Counted from the first letter of the stretch, positions 1-11,671 are shown. The stretch: 64,000 nucleotides of DNA from an uncultured Acidobacteriota bacterium (GCA_963770895.1 CAVYRF010000002.1:5728001-5792000); one strand, 5' to 3'. Program-made: numbers and translations. Notes: generated by a model from the letters alone, not told the origin.

Positions 1-2053
1 TGTTGGAGGCGCTGTCGGCGCCATCGCCGGCGGCCGTATTGGCGCCTCGCGGCGCGGACGCGCCGCCCGCCACCCGATCCGCACCGACCGGCTGCGCGGC
101 GGCGGCCGGCGGGCGACTCGACCCTGCCTGCGGCGCCAGCACCGACGGCAGCAGCGCATGGCCGCCCTGCGGCAGGCTCTCCATCCGCGGCGCCGCCGCC
201 GCGCCTGGCACCACCGGTGCCGGCCGCGCCGGGACCGGCGCCGCTGCGGTCGACGCCTGCCCCGCGGCAACCGGCCTGGCCCCGGCCGGCGCCGGTCCGC
301 CGGGCGTCGTGCCCGGCTGCACCGGGGCTCCGCCCGCGCCGGGGCTGCCGGGCGGGCCGGACCTGGCCGCTGTGCCCGGCGGCTCCGCCGTGCCCGCGCC
401 GCCGCCTGGCTGCGGCCCTGCGCCGACAGTGCCGGACGGGTCCGTCCCTCCCCCGCCGGGGCGGTCGGCGACCTGTCCCGCACCGCCAGCCGCGGATGCC
501 GCCGGCACCGGCGCTGGTCCGCGCCGCCACAGCCGCCAACCCGAGCCGCCCATCGCCACGGCGAGGATGGCCGCCGCCGCGACGGCAGTCCCGATCACCG
601 CCCGCCGGCCGCGCCGGCCGCCCCTCGCGGCCCCGGCGATGGCCGCGTCCACACGATCGTCGCCGGCTGCCCGACGGGACGCGGGCGATGCTGCCGCCGC
701 TTCCGCAGCGCCTGGCTGCGCCAACGCCAGGTCTACCGCCGACCGGCCGCTCCTGGTGGGCCGATGGAACCCCGGCACAGCCGTCGCCACTGTCGGCGCC
801 GGCTGCTCGGCATGCCCATCCGCCGGCGTCGCCGGCGCTGGCGCCGCGACCGCACCGGACACGGGCGCGCCGGCGCGCGATGCCGCCGGACCGACCGGCG
901 CGGCTGGCGCGACCGGCCCGTTGCCTCCGGCGATCGCGGCGGACCCCGCCGCCTGCGCGGCCGCCACTGCGCCGCTGGTGGCGGCGGCGCCGGCGACCAG
1001 GAAGGCGCCCGAGCGCAGGGCTTCGATTTCGGGTTCGATGGCGGCGACGACGACGCCGAAGCTTGCGGGCCGCAGCGCCGGGTCCTTGGCCAGGCAGCGG
1101 CTGGCCAGGTCGGCGATGGCCGCGCCGCAGGTGGGGGCGAGGCTGGCCAGCGCCTGCGGCTCTTCGTTGAGCAGCCGGTAGGACACCTCGGAGAAGGTGC
1201 TGCCCTTGAAGGGGCGCTCGTAGGACATCAGCTCGTAGATCAGGACGCCGAAGGAAAAGATGTCGGTGCGCTGGTTCACTTCGTCGCCGCGCAGCTGCTC
1301 GGGGGCGAGGTAGCCCACGGTGCCCAGGGTGACCCCCTGGGTGGTGACGTCGGAGACTTCGTGCAGCAGCTTGGCGATGCCGAAGTCCATGATCTTGACA
1401 CCGCCGGCCGGCAGGCTGCGGATGTTGGCCGGCTTGATGTCGCGGTGCAGCACCCCCTGGGCGTGCGCGTACTCCAGGCCGCGCGCCACCTGCACCAGGA
1501 TGTCGAGCCGCTGCAAGGCGGTGAGCGGCTCGCGCCGGCCGATCTTGTGGTGGAGGTCTTCGCCCTCGAGGAATTCCTGTACCAGGTAGGGGATGCCGCG
1601 CTCGACGCCGAGGTCGTGGACGGTGGTGATGTTGGGGTGCTGCAGGGCGGCGGCGATCTGCCCTTCGCGAAAAAACCGCCGGCGCAGCTTCTCGTTGCTC
1701 GACGAGCAGGTCTTGACCGCGACGTAGCGTTGCAGCACCGGGTCGCGGCCCTTGTAGACGATGCCGAAACCGCCTTCGCCGATGCGCCCCAGGATCTCGT
1801 ACTTGCCGATCTTGCCGATCGCCTCCAGCTCATCCGGCTTTTCGGCCAGCAGCAGGTCCGAGCCGCGCCGGATGGCCTTCTCGATGAAGGTGCCCGCTTC
1901 GACGTCCGAGCGCAGCAGGCTCTCCACCTCCTGCCGCAGTGGGCCGTCGCCGCCGCACTCGCGGGCCAGGAACGCCTGCTGCTCGGCAGGCGCCAGGTCG
2001 GCGGCGGCCTCGAACAGCTCCTGCACCCGCGCCCAGCGCTCGCCCCCGATCAC
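1..2053 (-). CDS. Membrane-anchored Ser/Thr protein kinase, ECF-associated (partial, runs off window start)
   Basis: Not in the ORF track because there is no stop in the window. Manual translation from GTG at 2053: MIGGERWARVQELFEAAADL...YEILGRIGEGGFGIVYKG...VAVK...HRDIKPAN...DFG, then a TM helix (AVIGTAVAAAAILAVAMGG) and a Pro/Ala-rich tail. Start overlaps the ECF stop (GTGA). Confidence 0.9.
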   Translation of the reverse strand, partial: MIGGERWARVQELFEAAADLAPAEQQAFLARECGGDGPLRQEVESLLRSDVEAGTFIEKAIRRGSDLLLAEKPDELEAIGKIGKYEILGRIGEGGFGIVYKGRDPVLQRYVAVKTCSSSNEKLRRRFFREGQIAAALQHPNITTVHDLGVERGIPYLVQEFLEGEDLHHKIGRREPLTALQRLDILVQVARGLEYAHAQGVLHRDIKPANIRSLPAGGVKIMDFGIAKLLHEVSDVTTQGVTLGTVGYLAPEQLRGDEVNQRTDIFSFGVLIYELMSYERPFKGSTFSEVSYRLLNEEPQALASLAPTCGAAIADLASRCLAKDPALRPASFGVVVAAIEPEIEALRSGAFLVAGAAATSGAVAAAQAAGSAAIAGGNGPVAPAAPVGPAASRAGAPVSGAVAAPAPATPADGHAEQPAPTVATAVPGFHRPTRSGRSAVDLALAQPGAAEAAAASPASRRAAGDDRVDAAIAGAARGGRRGRRAVIGTAVAAAAILAVAMGGSGWRLWRRGPAPVPAASAAGGAGQVADRPGGGGTDPSGTVGAGPQPGGGAGTAEPPGTAARSGPPGSPGAGGAPVQPGTTPGGPAPAGARPVAAGQASTAAAPVPARPAPVVPGAAAAPRMESLPQGGHALLPSVLAPQAGSSRPPAAAAQPVGADRVAGGASAPRGANTAAGDGADSASN

Positions 2054-2655
2054 GGCCGCGCCGGCTCCGCGGGCTGCGGCGCGGGCGCGCCGCGCGCGAT
2101 CTGACTGTGCAGCCAGGCGCGCGCCAGCCGCGTCTCCTTGACCACGGTGGGCACCGAGATGCCCAGGACCGCAGCGGTTTCGTCGAGGGTCAGGCCGCCG
2201 AAGAAGCGCAGCTCGACGATGCGGCTCTTGCGCGGGTCGAGCACCTCCAGGCTGCGCAGGGCGTCGTCCAGGGCGACCACGTCGGCACCGGTTTCCACGG
2301 CGGGGTCCTGGGTCTCTTCGAGCGACACCTTGACCACGCTGCCGCCGCGCTTTTCGGCGCCGCGGCTGCGCGCGTGGTCGACCAGCACGCGGCGCATCAT
2401 CTGCGCCGCCACCGCATAGAAGTGCACCCGGTCGTTCCAGTGCAGCTCGCTGCCGCCGGCCAGGCGCAGGTAGACCTCGTGGACCAGCGCGGTGGCTTCC
2501 AGCGTATGGCCGGCGCGCTCGGCGCGCAGATGCCGGCGGGCGATGCGCCGCAGCTCGCCGTAGATCAGCGGCAGGAGCTGCTCGCTCGCCTCCTGGTCGC
2601 CCTGCTGCCAGCGGTGCAGCAGCTGGGTGACCCCTTCCTGATTTCGTACGCGCAT
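2050..2655 (-). CDS. ECF-type RNA polymerase sigma factor (TIGR02999-like, kinase-associated)
   Basis: C-terminal part of ORF 2050..3645: VTQLLHRWQQGD...LIYGELRRIARR...HTLEATALVHEVYLRL...VELRFFGGLT; ATG at 2655. Confidence 0.9.
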   Translation of the reverse strand: MRVRNQEGVTQLLHRWQQGDQEASEQLLPLIYGELRRIARRHLRAERAGHTLEATALVHEVYLRLAGGSELHWNDRVHFYAVAAQMMRRVLVDHARSRGAEKRGGSVVKVSLEETQDPAVETGADVVALDDALRSLEVLDPRKSRIVELRFFGGLTLDETAAVLGISVPTVVKETRLARAWLHSQIARGAPAPQPAEPARP

Positions 2656-2771
2656 GCGCTTCGGGCCTGCGGCGGCGACGGGCTGAGGTGCCGCGACGGT
2701 CGCCTTGCGGCGACGCAATACTACCCCCGGCCGGCACGCGCGCGCAGCGCGCGGATGGTTTCCAGCTATAG

Positions 2772-5700
2772 CTAGAAGCGCAGGCCCAGGGTCAGACGGT
2801 AGGTGCGCGGCGTCTGCAGGTCGAGGATCGAGGTCGCCTTGCCGAAGGTGTCGCCGTTGACGATCGGGTCCACGTACAGGATCTGCTTCTGGTCGGTGAC
2901 GTTGAACACTTCCGCCTTCACCTCGACCGCGAGGCCGCTTTGCATCAGCTGCACCTCGCCGCCCAGCGCCAGGTCGAGCTGCACCACGTCCCCCAGCCGT
3001 TGCGAACCGCGCGGCGTCAGGAACAGCAGGCCCAGCGTCTCCGCCTCCTCCATCTGGTATGGCAGACCGCTCTCGTAGAGAATCGACGAACCGAACGACA
3101 GGTTGACCCGCCGCCACAGCCAGCGGTAGATGTTGAGCACCTTGATCTGGTCGCGCCGGTCGTAGGGCGCCAGGCCGTAGCGGTTGGTGAGGTTGACGTC
3201 CGAGGTGCTGCTGAAGCTGCCGAAGTCGCTCGGGTCCTGGCCGGTGTCGTCGAACAGGTTGCCCTCGGTGCGGCTGCGGGTGTAGCTGCCCAGCAGCTGC
3301 CAGTGGTCCGCGTAGCGCTTCTGCACCAGCAGCTGCAGCGACTGCTGCTGGCGCCGGGCGTTGGGCAGGTTTTCCACTTGCGAGGTGGTGCCGATCAGGT
3401 TGCCCTTGCCGTCGAAGACCCCCTGCTCCACGTCGTCCCACAGGTCGTGCCAGCGCCGGTGGATGTAGTACAGGCTGACCCCCACGGTGCTGGTGACCTG
3501 GCGCTCGAAGCCCAGGGTGAGCTCGTCCAGCCACGAACGGTGCAGGTCGCTTTCGGGCGCTCCGGTGACGGTGCGCGTGAAGCCGACCGGCGTCCCCGCC
3601 ACCCAGCATGGCGAGGCCAGGTTGCCCGGGTCCTGGCCCGCGCACGCGGCGCTGGCCTGGTTCCAGACGTAGGGCGTGTAGCCCGACAGCGGCTGCTGGC
3701 TGCTGAACAGGTCCAGGTAGCTGTGCAGGAACGGCTCGTAGTACCGGCCGTAGGTGCTGGTCAGCAGCACCTTGCGGTCGCCGCTCGCGTCATAGGTGAC
3801 GGCGAGGCGAGGCGCCATGGTGTTGGAGTCGAGCAGCGGTCCCAGCTGGCTGTCGTTGGCCCGCACCGCCTCGAAGCGGCCGCCGATCGAGACCAGCCAG
3901 CGCTCGACGGCGATGGCGTCGCTCAGATAGAAGGCCAGGGTCTGCTCGTTGGTGACGGTCGTCGGGCGAGCCCAGAACTGGTCCAGCTGGTAGGGCTGAA
4001 AGGCGCCGGTTGCGGGATTGAACGCCGGACACGTCGCCGGGTCGCAGCCTGGCACCTGGTTCATGTCGACGAACAGCTGGCCCGCGACCGGCCTGCCGGT
4101 GGCCGGGTCGATGCCGGCCTGGCCGGGAAAGTTGAAGGAGCGCTGCGACGCGGTGCGCTGAAAATCGACTCCCGCCTTGAGCTCGTTGTCGGTGGGGCCC
4201 AGCTGGACGAAGCCGTCCAGAACCAGGTTGCCCTGCCGGCGCGGCCGCCGCTCGTAGCCCTGGTCGGTGATGCCGTTGTAGAGCACGGCGTCGCGCAGGG
4301 CACCCGGCGCCGCCGCGTCGGTGGGCAGCGACGAACCGTCGGTCACCACCAGGTGCGGCGCGCCGGCGTCGAGCCCGCGGCTGTTGAGCGGCTGACGGGT
4401 GAGGTCGCGGCTCTGATCCGCCAGGGTCATCTCCGCCGACATGTCCTGGCGCAGGGCGCTGTTCCACTGTAGCTTCTCGAAGCGGCCGTCCTGGGCCTGG
4501 TGCTCCAGGGAGTAGATATCGCCGGGAACCGGCGACACCAGCGTGCCCGCGAGCGGCGCCACCGTGCCGACCATCAGGTTCTCGGCGTCGCCGCGATCGA
4601 AGGGGTCGAAGGCCGCGAAGCTGGTCGAGTCGCTGGTGAACTGGCCGACCACGGTGTTGCTGGGGTCCACCTGCCAGGTCGCCTTGGCGGCCGAGCTTTC
4701 GATCTCGGAGCCGCGGTTCCACGTCGTGCCCTGCACGGTGGGACCCAGGAAGCTGCTCTGGCTGTCGTCGTAGGCGCCGAAAAACCACAGCCGGTCGCGC
4801 AGCAGCGGACCGCCCAGCGACAGCGCCAGCTCGGGATCGATCTTGTTCGGCGTGGCGTTGGCGGCGTCGATCTCGGGAGCGATCTGCGCCACCTCGCGCG
4901 ACGGAAAACCGTAGCGGCTGTTCCACCCCGGGTTGGTCGCCAGAAAGCGCGTGATCCCCTGAAACTCGTTGGTGGCCGACCGCGTCACGACGTTGACCAC
5001 GCCGCCCGAGGAGCGTCCATACTCGGCGGGCGCCGCGGCGGCGGTGACGCTCACTTCCTGAATGGCCTGATAGGCGAGGTTGAGCCCGAACAGGCCGGTC
5101 GCCGGATCCGTGGTGTCCACGCCGTCGATCAGGAACTGGTTGTCGGTGCGCAAGGCGCCGTTGACGTTGGGGTTGCCGTCCATGGTGGTGACGCTGACGC
5201 CCGGCAGGAGCAGCGCGACGGCCTGGTAGGCGCGCGGCAGCGGCAGCGCGTCGATGAAGTCGAAACCGATGCTGTTGCCGACGCGGGTGGCGAAGCGGTC
5301 GATGACCGATGGTTCGGCGACCACCTGGATCGACTCCTGGGAGGTGAGCTCGCCGGCCTCGCCGACCCCGCCGGCCCCGCCGGACGGCGACCCCGCCGCA
5401 GTGCCGGCCGCCGCCGGCGGCGCGGCCTTTTGCGCCGGTCCGATCAGGCGCAGGCGCACCTCGGCCGTCCTGCCGATCGAAAGGTGGACGCCATGCTGGT
5501 CGACGGCAAGGCCGAGCAGCTCGGCGTGCAGGTCGTAGGTGCCGACGCCCAGCGCCGGAAAGCGAAACCGCCCCTGGTCGTCCGCCACCTCTGTGCGCCG
5601 GATCTGCGGCCCGCTCACCGTCACCTGCACCGCGGCGACGCCGGCCCCCGCCGCGTCCACCACCTGGCCGGTGATCAGGCCGGTCTGCGAGCCGTCCGCG

Positions 5701-5801
5701 AACGCCGCCCGCGGCGCCAGGGCCAGCGCTGCCAGCAACAGCAGGGCGGCGCCGCCGGCTACCTGGCAGCGGCGACCAGAACGCGTTCGGGTTTTCGGCA
5801 C
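2772..5801 (-). CDS. TonB-dependent receptor with N-terminal carboxypeptidase-regulatory-like domain
   Basis: Signal peptide, ITGQVVD...GRFRFPALGVGTYDL domain, plug motif AEYGRSSGGVVNVVTRS, C-terminal PRTYRLTLGLRF (terminal Phe). Confidence 0.9.
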   Translation of the reverse strand: MPKTRTRSGRRCQVAGGAALLLLAALALAPRAAFADGSQTGLITGQVVDAAGAGVAAVQVTVSGPQIRRTEVADDQGRFRFPALGVGTYDLHAELLGLAVDQHGVHLSIGRTAEVRLRLIGPAQKAAPPAAAGTAAGSPSGGAGGVGEAGELTSQESIQVVAEPSVIDRFATRVGNSIGFDFIDALPLPRAYQAVALLLPGVSVTTMDGNPNVNGALRTDNQFLIDGVDTTDPATGLFGLNLAYQAIQEVSVTAAAAPAEYGRSSGGVVNVVTRSATNEFQGITRFLATNPGWNSRYGFPSREVAQIAPEIDAANATPNKIDPELALSLGGPLLRDRLWFFGAYDDSQSSFLGPTVQGTTWNRGSEIESSAAKATWQVDPSNTVVGQFTSDSTSFAAFDPFDRGDAENLMVGTVAPLAGTLVSPVPGDIYSLEHQAQDGRFEKLQWNSALRQDMSAEMTLADQSRDLTRQPLNSRGLDAGAPHLVVTDGSSLPTDAAAPGALRDAVLYNGITDQGYERRPRRQGNLVLDGFVQLGPTDNELKAGVDFQRTASQRSFNFPGQAGIDPATGRPVAGQLFVDMNQVPGCDPATCPAFNPATGAFQPYQLDQFWARPTTVTNEQTLAFYLSDAIAVERWLVSIGGRFEAVRANDSQLGPLLDSNTMAPRLAVTYDASGDRKVLLTSTYGRYYEPFLHSYLDLFSSQQPLSGYTPYVWNQASAACAGQDPGNLASPCWVAGTPVGFTRTVTGAPESDLHRSWLDELTLGFERQVTSTVGVSLYYIHRRWHDLWDDVEQGVFDGKGNLIGTTSQVENLPNARRQQQSLQLLVQKRYADHWQLLGSYTRSRTEGNLFDDTGQDPSDFGSFSSTSDVNLTNRYGLAPYDRRDQIKVLNIYRWLWRRVNLSFGSSILYESGLPYQMEEAETLGLLFLTPRGSQRLGDVVQLDLALGGEVQLMQSGLAVEVKAEVFNVTDQKQILYVDPIVNGDTFGKATSILDLQTPRTYRLTLGLRF

Positions 5802-5902
5802 CGGGGCATTTTATGCGAAGCCGCTTGCTGCCCCGACGAATACCCTCGATGCATGTTTTCGTGCCCGCTTTGCGTCTTGTATAATGAGGCCGGGGGCAAC
5901 GC

Positions 5903-6469
5903 ATGGATCTAACCAGCGGTAAAAAGTTGCTGACCAGGGCCGAATATCACGAGCTCGGCCGCCTGGGCATCCTCACGGAGGACGATCGGGTCGAGCTGAT
6001 CGAGGGCGAGGTGATCCGCATGGCCCCGATCGGCCTCCGTCATACGGGGTGCTGCCGATACCTGAACCATCTGCTGGGCCAGTACCTGGGCAGGCGGGCG
6101 CTCGTGGACGTGCAGAACCCGATCGTCTTGAGCGACATCACCGAGCCGCAACCCGACGTGACGCTGCTGCGCTGGCGCGACGATTTCTATCGGTCCGTGG
6201 AGCCCCAGGCCGCCGACGTCCTGGCGCTGGTCGAGCTGGTCGATACCACGCACGCCCACGACCGGCGCAAGGCGCGCCTGTACGGCGCCGCCGGCGTCGC
6301 CGAAGTCTGGCTGGTCGACCTGCGCAACAAGCTGGTGGAAATCAGGCGCCAGCCCACGCCCCAGGGCTATGCGCTGATCGAGCTGCACCACCCGGGCGAG
6401 CAGGTCGCCTTTGCAGCGTTCCCCGATCTGCCCATCGCGGTGTCCGACCTGTTGGACGTCCGCCCGTAG
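5903..6469 (+). CDS. Uma2 (DUF820) family endonuclease
   Basis: EDDRVELIEGEVIRMAPIG, EPQPDV, KARLYGAAGVAEVWLVDL motifs; TATAAT at 5880-5885 upstream. Confidence 0.9.
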   Translation: MDLTSGKKLLTRAEYHELGRLGILTEDDRVELIEGEVIRMAPIGLRHTGCCRYLNHLLGQYLGRRALVDVQNPIVLSDITEPQPDVTLLRWRDDFYRSVEPQAADVLALVELVDTTHAHDRRKARLYGAAGVAEVWLVDLRNKLVEIRRQPTPQGYALIELHHPGEQVAFAAFPDLPIAVSDLLDVRP

Positions 6470-6589
6470 CCGCACGCCGTAGTCGCACACCGGCCTGGCG
6501 CCTCCGGCTCCCGTCGCCAGTGACCGCCGGTGGCCTGCACCGGCAACATGCGACGTGCCGGCGCCGGTGCCTGCCCCGGTCCTGCCCCC

Positions 6590-7160
6590 CTAGCCGGGCC
6601 GGCTGCCGGGCTTTTCGGGGCTGCCGCCGGCCTGGCACTGCGGGCAGTCGGCGGGGGCGAAGGACGGCAGGGGCAGCACCATCAGCGAGCGGAAGGGGAC
6701 GTCGAAGGGGTGCTGGCCGTCGGTGCGGTCGATGATGGCGCCGATGGCGACGACGCGGGCGCCGCGGCCGGTGGCCAGGGCGGCGGTTTCGAGGGTCGAC
6801 CGGCCGGTGGTCACGACGTCTTCGACGATGACCACGCGCTCGCCCTGGCGCAGACTGAAACCGCGCCGCAGCCCCAGCTCCTCGCTCTTGCGTTCGGCGA
6901 AGCGGAAGGGCACCCCCAGCGCCGCCGCCACCTCGTGGCCGATGATGATGCCGCCGAGCGCCGGCGACAGCACCGAATCGGGATGGAAGGAGCGCAGCTC
7001 TTCTGCCAGCTGCGCGCCGACGGCGCGCGAACGCACCGGGTCTTCCAGCAGCAGCGCGCACTGCACGTAGGAGGGCGAATGCCGCCCCGACGACAGCAGG
7101 AAGTGGCCGCGGCGCAGCGCGCCGCTCTCCTCCAGAAGGCGTGTCACCAGCGGCGTGCGG

Positions 7161-7171
<11 letters not shown>
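6590..7171 (-). CDS. pyrE: Orotate phosphoribosyltransferase
   Basis: GHFLLSSGRHS and PRPP-binding VVIVEDVVTTGRS. Confidence 0.92.
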
Positions 7172-8555
<1,384 letters not shown>

Positions 8556-8758
8556 GGGCGGAGTCTATCGTGGGAGCCGCCCAAGCGCGCGGGGCCGCGG
8601 CACATCCTGGCACTTCGCGCAGGAGCTTCCCAGGGCTATGGCGGAAAAGCAGGAGCGTGAGGGACCGGAACGGCTCGGGTGGGGCGCCGAAAACGGCCAG
8701 CCCCCTCTCTGCCGTAAAGCGCAGGGAGGGGGCTGGAGAAGGAGATCGGAAGGGTGGG

Positions 8759-10348
8759 TTAGGGAACCTGGACGACCGCGAAGAACGGCGGCAGGCTTTC
8801 GCCGCGGCGGCCGAAGCGCAGGGTGTACAGCCGGATGTAGGACTTGGACTTGGCGCTCTGCACCGCGCGCTCGAAGTCCGCGACGTTCTTGACCGGCTGG
8901 CCGTTGACCTCGCTGATGATGTTGCCGGGCCGCACCGCCTGGTCGTACAGCGGGCTGGTGGCGGCGACGTCGGTGACCAGCACGCCGCTGACGCCGGCCG
9001 GCAGGCTGTAGGTGGAACGGATGCTCTGCGAGATGTCCTGGTACTGCAGTCCCAGCCAGTTGATGCCGCTGTTGCCGTCCTGCTTTTCCTCGGTGCTGGC
9101 CTGCTGGTTGAGCGGCGGCCGCTCGCTGAGCTTGACGTCGTGGTTGGCGCTCTTGCCGTCGCGCAGCACGGTGAGGGTCACCGTCGCGTGCGGGCCCTTG
9201 GCGGCGACGTATTCGATCAGGTCGCGGGTGGTCTTGATGTGATGCCCGTCGACCGCGGTGATGATGTCGCCATGCTGGATGCCGGCGTCAGCCGCCGGGG
9301 TGCCGCTCACCACGTCGCCGACCAGCGCGCCGTCGGTCGAGGTCAGCCCGAACGCCTGGGCGTGCGGCCAGTCGAGATTCATGATGCTGATGCCCAGGTA
9401 GCCGCGGCTCACCTTCCCCTTGTCGCGAAGCTGCGGCAGGATTTCCTTGAGCGTGTTGACCGGCACGGCAAAGCCGATGTTTTCAGCGCCGTAGTTGATG
9501 GCGCTCGCGACGCCCACCACCTGGCCCTGGAGGTTGACCAGCGGCCCGCCGGAGTTGCCGAAGTTGATGGCGGCGTCGGTCTGCAGGAAGTTTTCAAACG
9601 ACACGTCGTTGATGCCGAGCGACCGCCCCTTGGCGCTGATCACGCCGGTGGTCACGGTCTTGTTGAGGTTGAGCGGGTTGCCGATGACCATCACCCAGTC
9701 GCCGACCCGCGCGCGGTCGCTGTCGCCCAGCTCCAGGTACTTGAGCGAGCTGCCGGCGTCGATCTTGAGCAGCGCCAGATCGGTCGCCGCGTCGGCGCCC
9801 TTGACCTTGGCGGTGTAGTCGCGATCGCCCAGGTGGACCTTGATGTCGGACGCGCCTTCGATCACGTGGTTGTTGGTGACGATCAGCCCGTCACGCGAGA
9901 TCACGAAGCCGCTGCCGCCGGCTTCGGACCGGTAGTCTTCGGGTTGCTGCTGCTGCTGGGGCTGGGCGCCGTCGTCGTCCTGGCCCTGACCCCGGCCGCG
10001 CGGGCCGAAGAAGAACTCAAACGGATCGATGCCGTTCTGTCCGCCCTGCCCACCCTGACCGCCCTGACCCCGACGGCTGCCGCGTCCGCGCGTCGCCTTC
10101 TCGATGGTCGAGGCCTGGATGGAAACGATGGCCGGATCGACCGCCTCCGCCAGATCGGCGAAGCTGGGCAGGCCATGGGTCGTCGTCGCGGTGTTTTCGG
10201 CGGCGTGCGTAGCCGAGAGCGTGGTGTCAGATTGCTGCGTCATCCCTGGCACCGTCATGCCCAGGCCACCCGCCAGGACCATTCCAAAGACAACCGCTCC
10301 CAAGACCAGCAAGAACGTTGAGACTTGGCGATTGCGGATCGTGCTCAT
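8759..10348 (-). CDS. degP: DegP/HtrA (Do family) periplasmic serine protease with two PDZ domains
   Basis: Triad motifs TNNHV, DLAL and GNSGG; N-terminal signal/TM; ATG at 10348 preceded by AAAGGAG. Confidence 0.9.
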   Translation of the reverse strand: MSTIRNRQVSTFLLVLGAVVFGMVLAGGLGMTVPGMTQQSDTTLSATHAAENTATTTHGLPSFADLAEAVDPAIVSIQASTIEKATRGRGSRRGQGGQGGQGGQNGIDPFEFFFGPRGRGQGQDDDGAQPQQQQQPEDYRSEAGGSGFVISRDGLIVTNNHVIEGASDIKVHLGDRDYTAKVKGADAATDLALLKIDAGSSLKYLELGDSDRARVGDWVMVIGNPLNLNKTVTTGVISAKGRSLGINDVSFENFLQTDAAINFGNSGGPLVNLQGQVVGVASAINYGAENIGFAVPVNTLKEILPQLRDKGKVSRGYLGISIMNLDWPHAQAFGLTSTDGALVGDVVSGTPAADAGIQHGDIITAVDGHHIKTTRDLIEYVAAKGPHATVTLTVLRDGKSANHDVKLSERPPLNQQASTEEKQDGNSGINWLGLQYQDISQSIRSTYSLPAGVSGVLVTDVAATSPLYDQAVRPGNIISEVNGQPVKNVADFERAVQSAKSKSYIRLYTLRFGRRGESLPPFFAVVQVP

Positions 10349-10393
10349 GAGTGCTGCGATCTCCTTTCCGTCTTCATGCTCCTGCCCACTACA

Positions 10394-10409
10394 AGCAAAT
10401 GATCTGCCA
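10394..10409 (-). promoter_or_regulatory. Putative sigma-54 (-24/-12) promoter for degP
   Basis: Minus strand reads TGGCAGATCATTTGCT, matching TGGCAC-N5-TTGCW with exact GG-N10-GC spacing, about 45 nt upstream of the ATG. Confidence 0.55.
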
Positions 10410-10713
10410 GGCATATTTCAGAGGGAAAGCCCCAACCCTGGGCCAGAATTGCGCCGTTTTGGCACATGCCGGATCGTTTTCCCCTGTCGGCACAGCTGGA
10501 AAGGACAGCGCGAAGGGTCGGGATCGTCCGTTTTGGGGATCGTCAACGGATCCGCTGACCGCCCGCGAAACCGTGGGTAGTCCTTTGGGATGAAACCTGG
10601 GGCGCCGCCGCGCACCCGAGTCGCTCGCCGGGTTTTGGCGCGGTGGTCAGGTGGTGTATCATGGGCGAGCGCTCGCTGTGTCGAGCGGGGGCAAGGCATT
10701 CGGTCCAAGCAAC

Positions 10714-10742
10714 TTGTAGGCGCAGCCGGAAGCTCCTATACT
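10714..10742 (+). promoter_or_regulatory. Sigma-70-type promoter of the rimP-nusA-infB operon
   Basis: TTGTAG(10714-19)-17 nt-TATACT(10737-42). Confidence 0.55.
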
Positions 10743-10784
10743 TCACGATGGGAGCTTGCCCCGGTCCCGTGAGGGATCGGCTCG

Positions 10785-10810
10785 AAGTGGGCCTCACGCC
10801 CACTTTTTTT
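10785..10810 (+). terminator. rimP leader terminator/attenuator hairpin
   Basis: AAGTGGGC-CTCAC-GCCCACTT followed by a U-tract; GUGGG/CCCAC stem typical of rimP leaders. Confidence 0.75.
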
Positions 10811-10849
10811 GTTGGGGCAAAGGAAATCCGCGAGGACAAAACGTAGACT

Positions 10850-11671
10850 GTGCGAGCACGCAAATCCATCGAGAACGCGCATGGCGGCGACAGCGGCCGG
10901 GCGTCGGTCCACGCCCTGACTCCTGAAATCGAAGCGGAGCTGCGCGATATCGCGGAGGCAACGGGCTGCGAGCTGCTGCACGCCGAATGGAAGGGTGGCA
11001 TCCTGCGGCTGATCCTGGATCGGGCGGACGGTGAGGCACCCGCCGCCCCAGGCGCTCCCGCTGCACCCGCCGCCCCCTCTGCTTGGACAGCCCCGCCGCT
11101 CGCTTCGATCGCATCGCCCTTCCCCATCGCCCTTGCCGCCGTCGCCGCGGGCACCCAGGAAGCCGACGCGTCGGCGGCTCTGGCCGATTCTGCGCTCGAC
11201 GCGGCCGCGGGCGCCGCCGGCGCGCCCTCTCAGCAGGGCGTTTCGCTGGGCGACTGCGAACTGGTCGCCAAACTGGCTGGGGCTTTCCTCGACGTGCTGG
11301 ATTTCGGCAATGGGCGCTATACGCTGGAGGTTTCGTCGCCGGGCCTGGATCGCCAGCTGTACAGCGCGCGCGACTACCAGCGCTTCGTGGGCAGGCTGGC
11401 CAAGGTCACCTTCGAGCTGCCCGGCTCCCCTGCCGCGGCCGCGTCGGGTGCAGGGTCGCGGGCCGTGCAGGCGGTGCGTCCCGCGCGCCGCACCGTGGTG
11501 GCCCGGCTGGCGGAGTTCCGCCGGCCCGCAGGCGCCGCCCCCGCCACCCCTGCAGGCAGCGCCGACACCGCGCAACTGGGCGAAGTGACGCTGCTGGACG
11601 AGCGGACGGGCGAACGCCTGACGTTGCCGCTCTCGAGCATCCGCCTGGCCCGTCTGGAGGTCGAGCTGTGA
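10850..11671 (+). CDS. rimP: Ribosome maturation factor RimP (with Ala/Pro-rich inserts)
   Basis: ILRLILDR, GVSLGDCE, YTLEVSSPGLDRQL motifs; position before nusA. Confidence 0.88.
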   Translation: MRARKSIENAHGGDSGRASVHALTPEIEAELRDIAEATGCELLHAEWKGGILRLILDRADGEAPAAPGAPAAPAAPSAWTAPPLASIASPFPIALAAVAAGTQEADASAALADSALDAAAGAAGAPSQQGVSLGDCELVAKLAGAFLDVLDFGNGRYTLEVSSPGLDRQLYSARDYQRFVGRLAKVTFELPGSPAAAASGAGSRAVQAVRPARRTVVARLAEFRRPAGAAPATPAGSADTAQLGEVTLLDERTGERLTLPLSSIRLARLEVEL

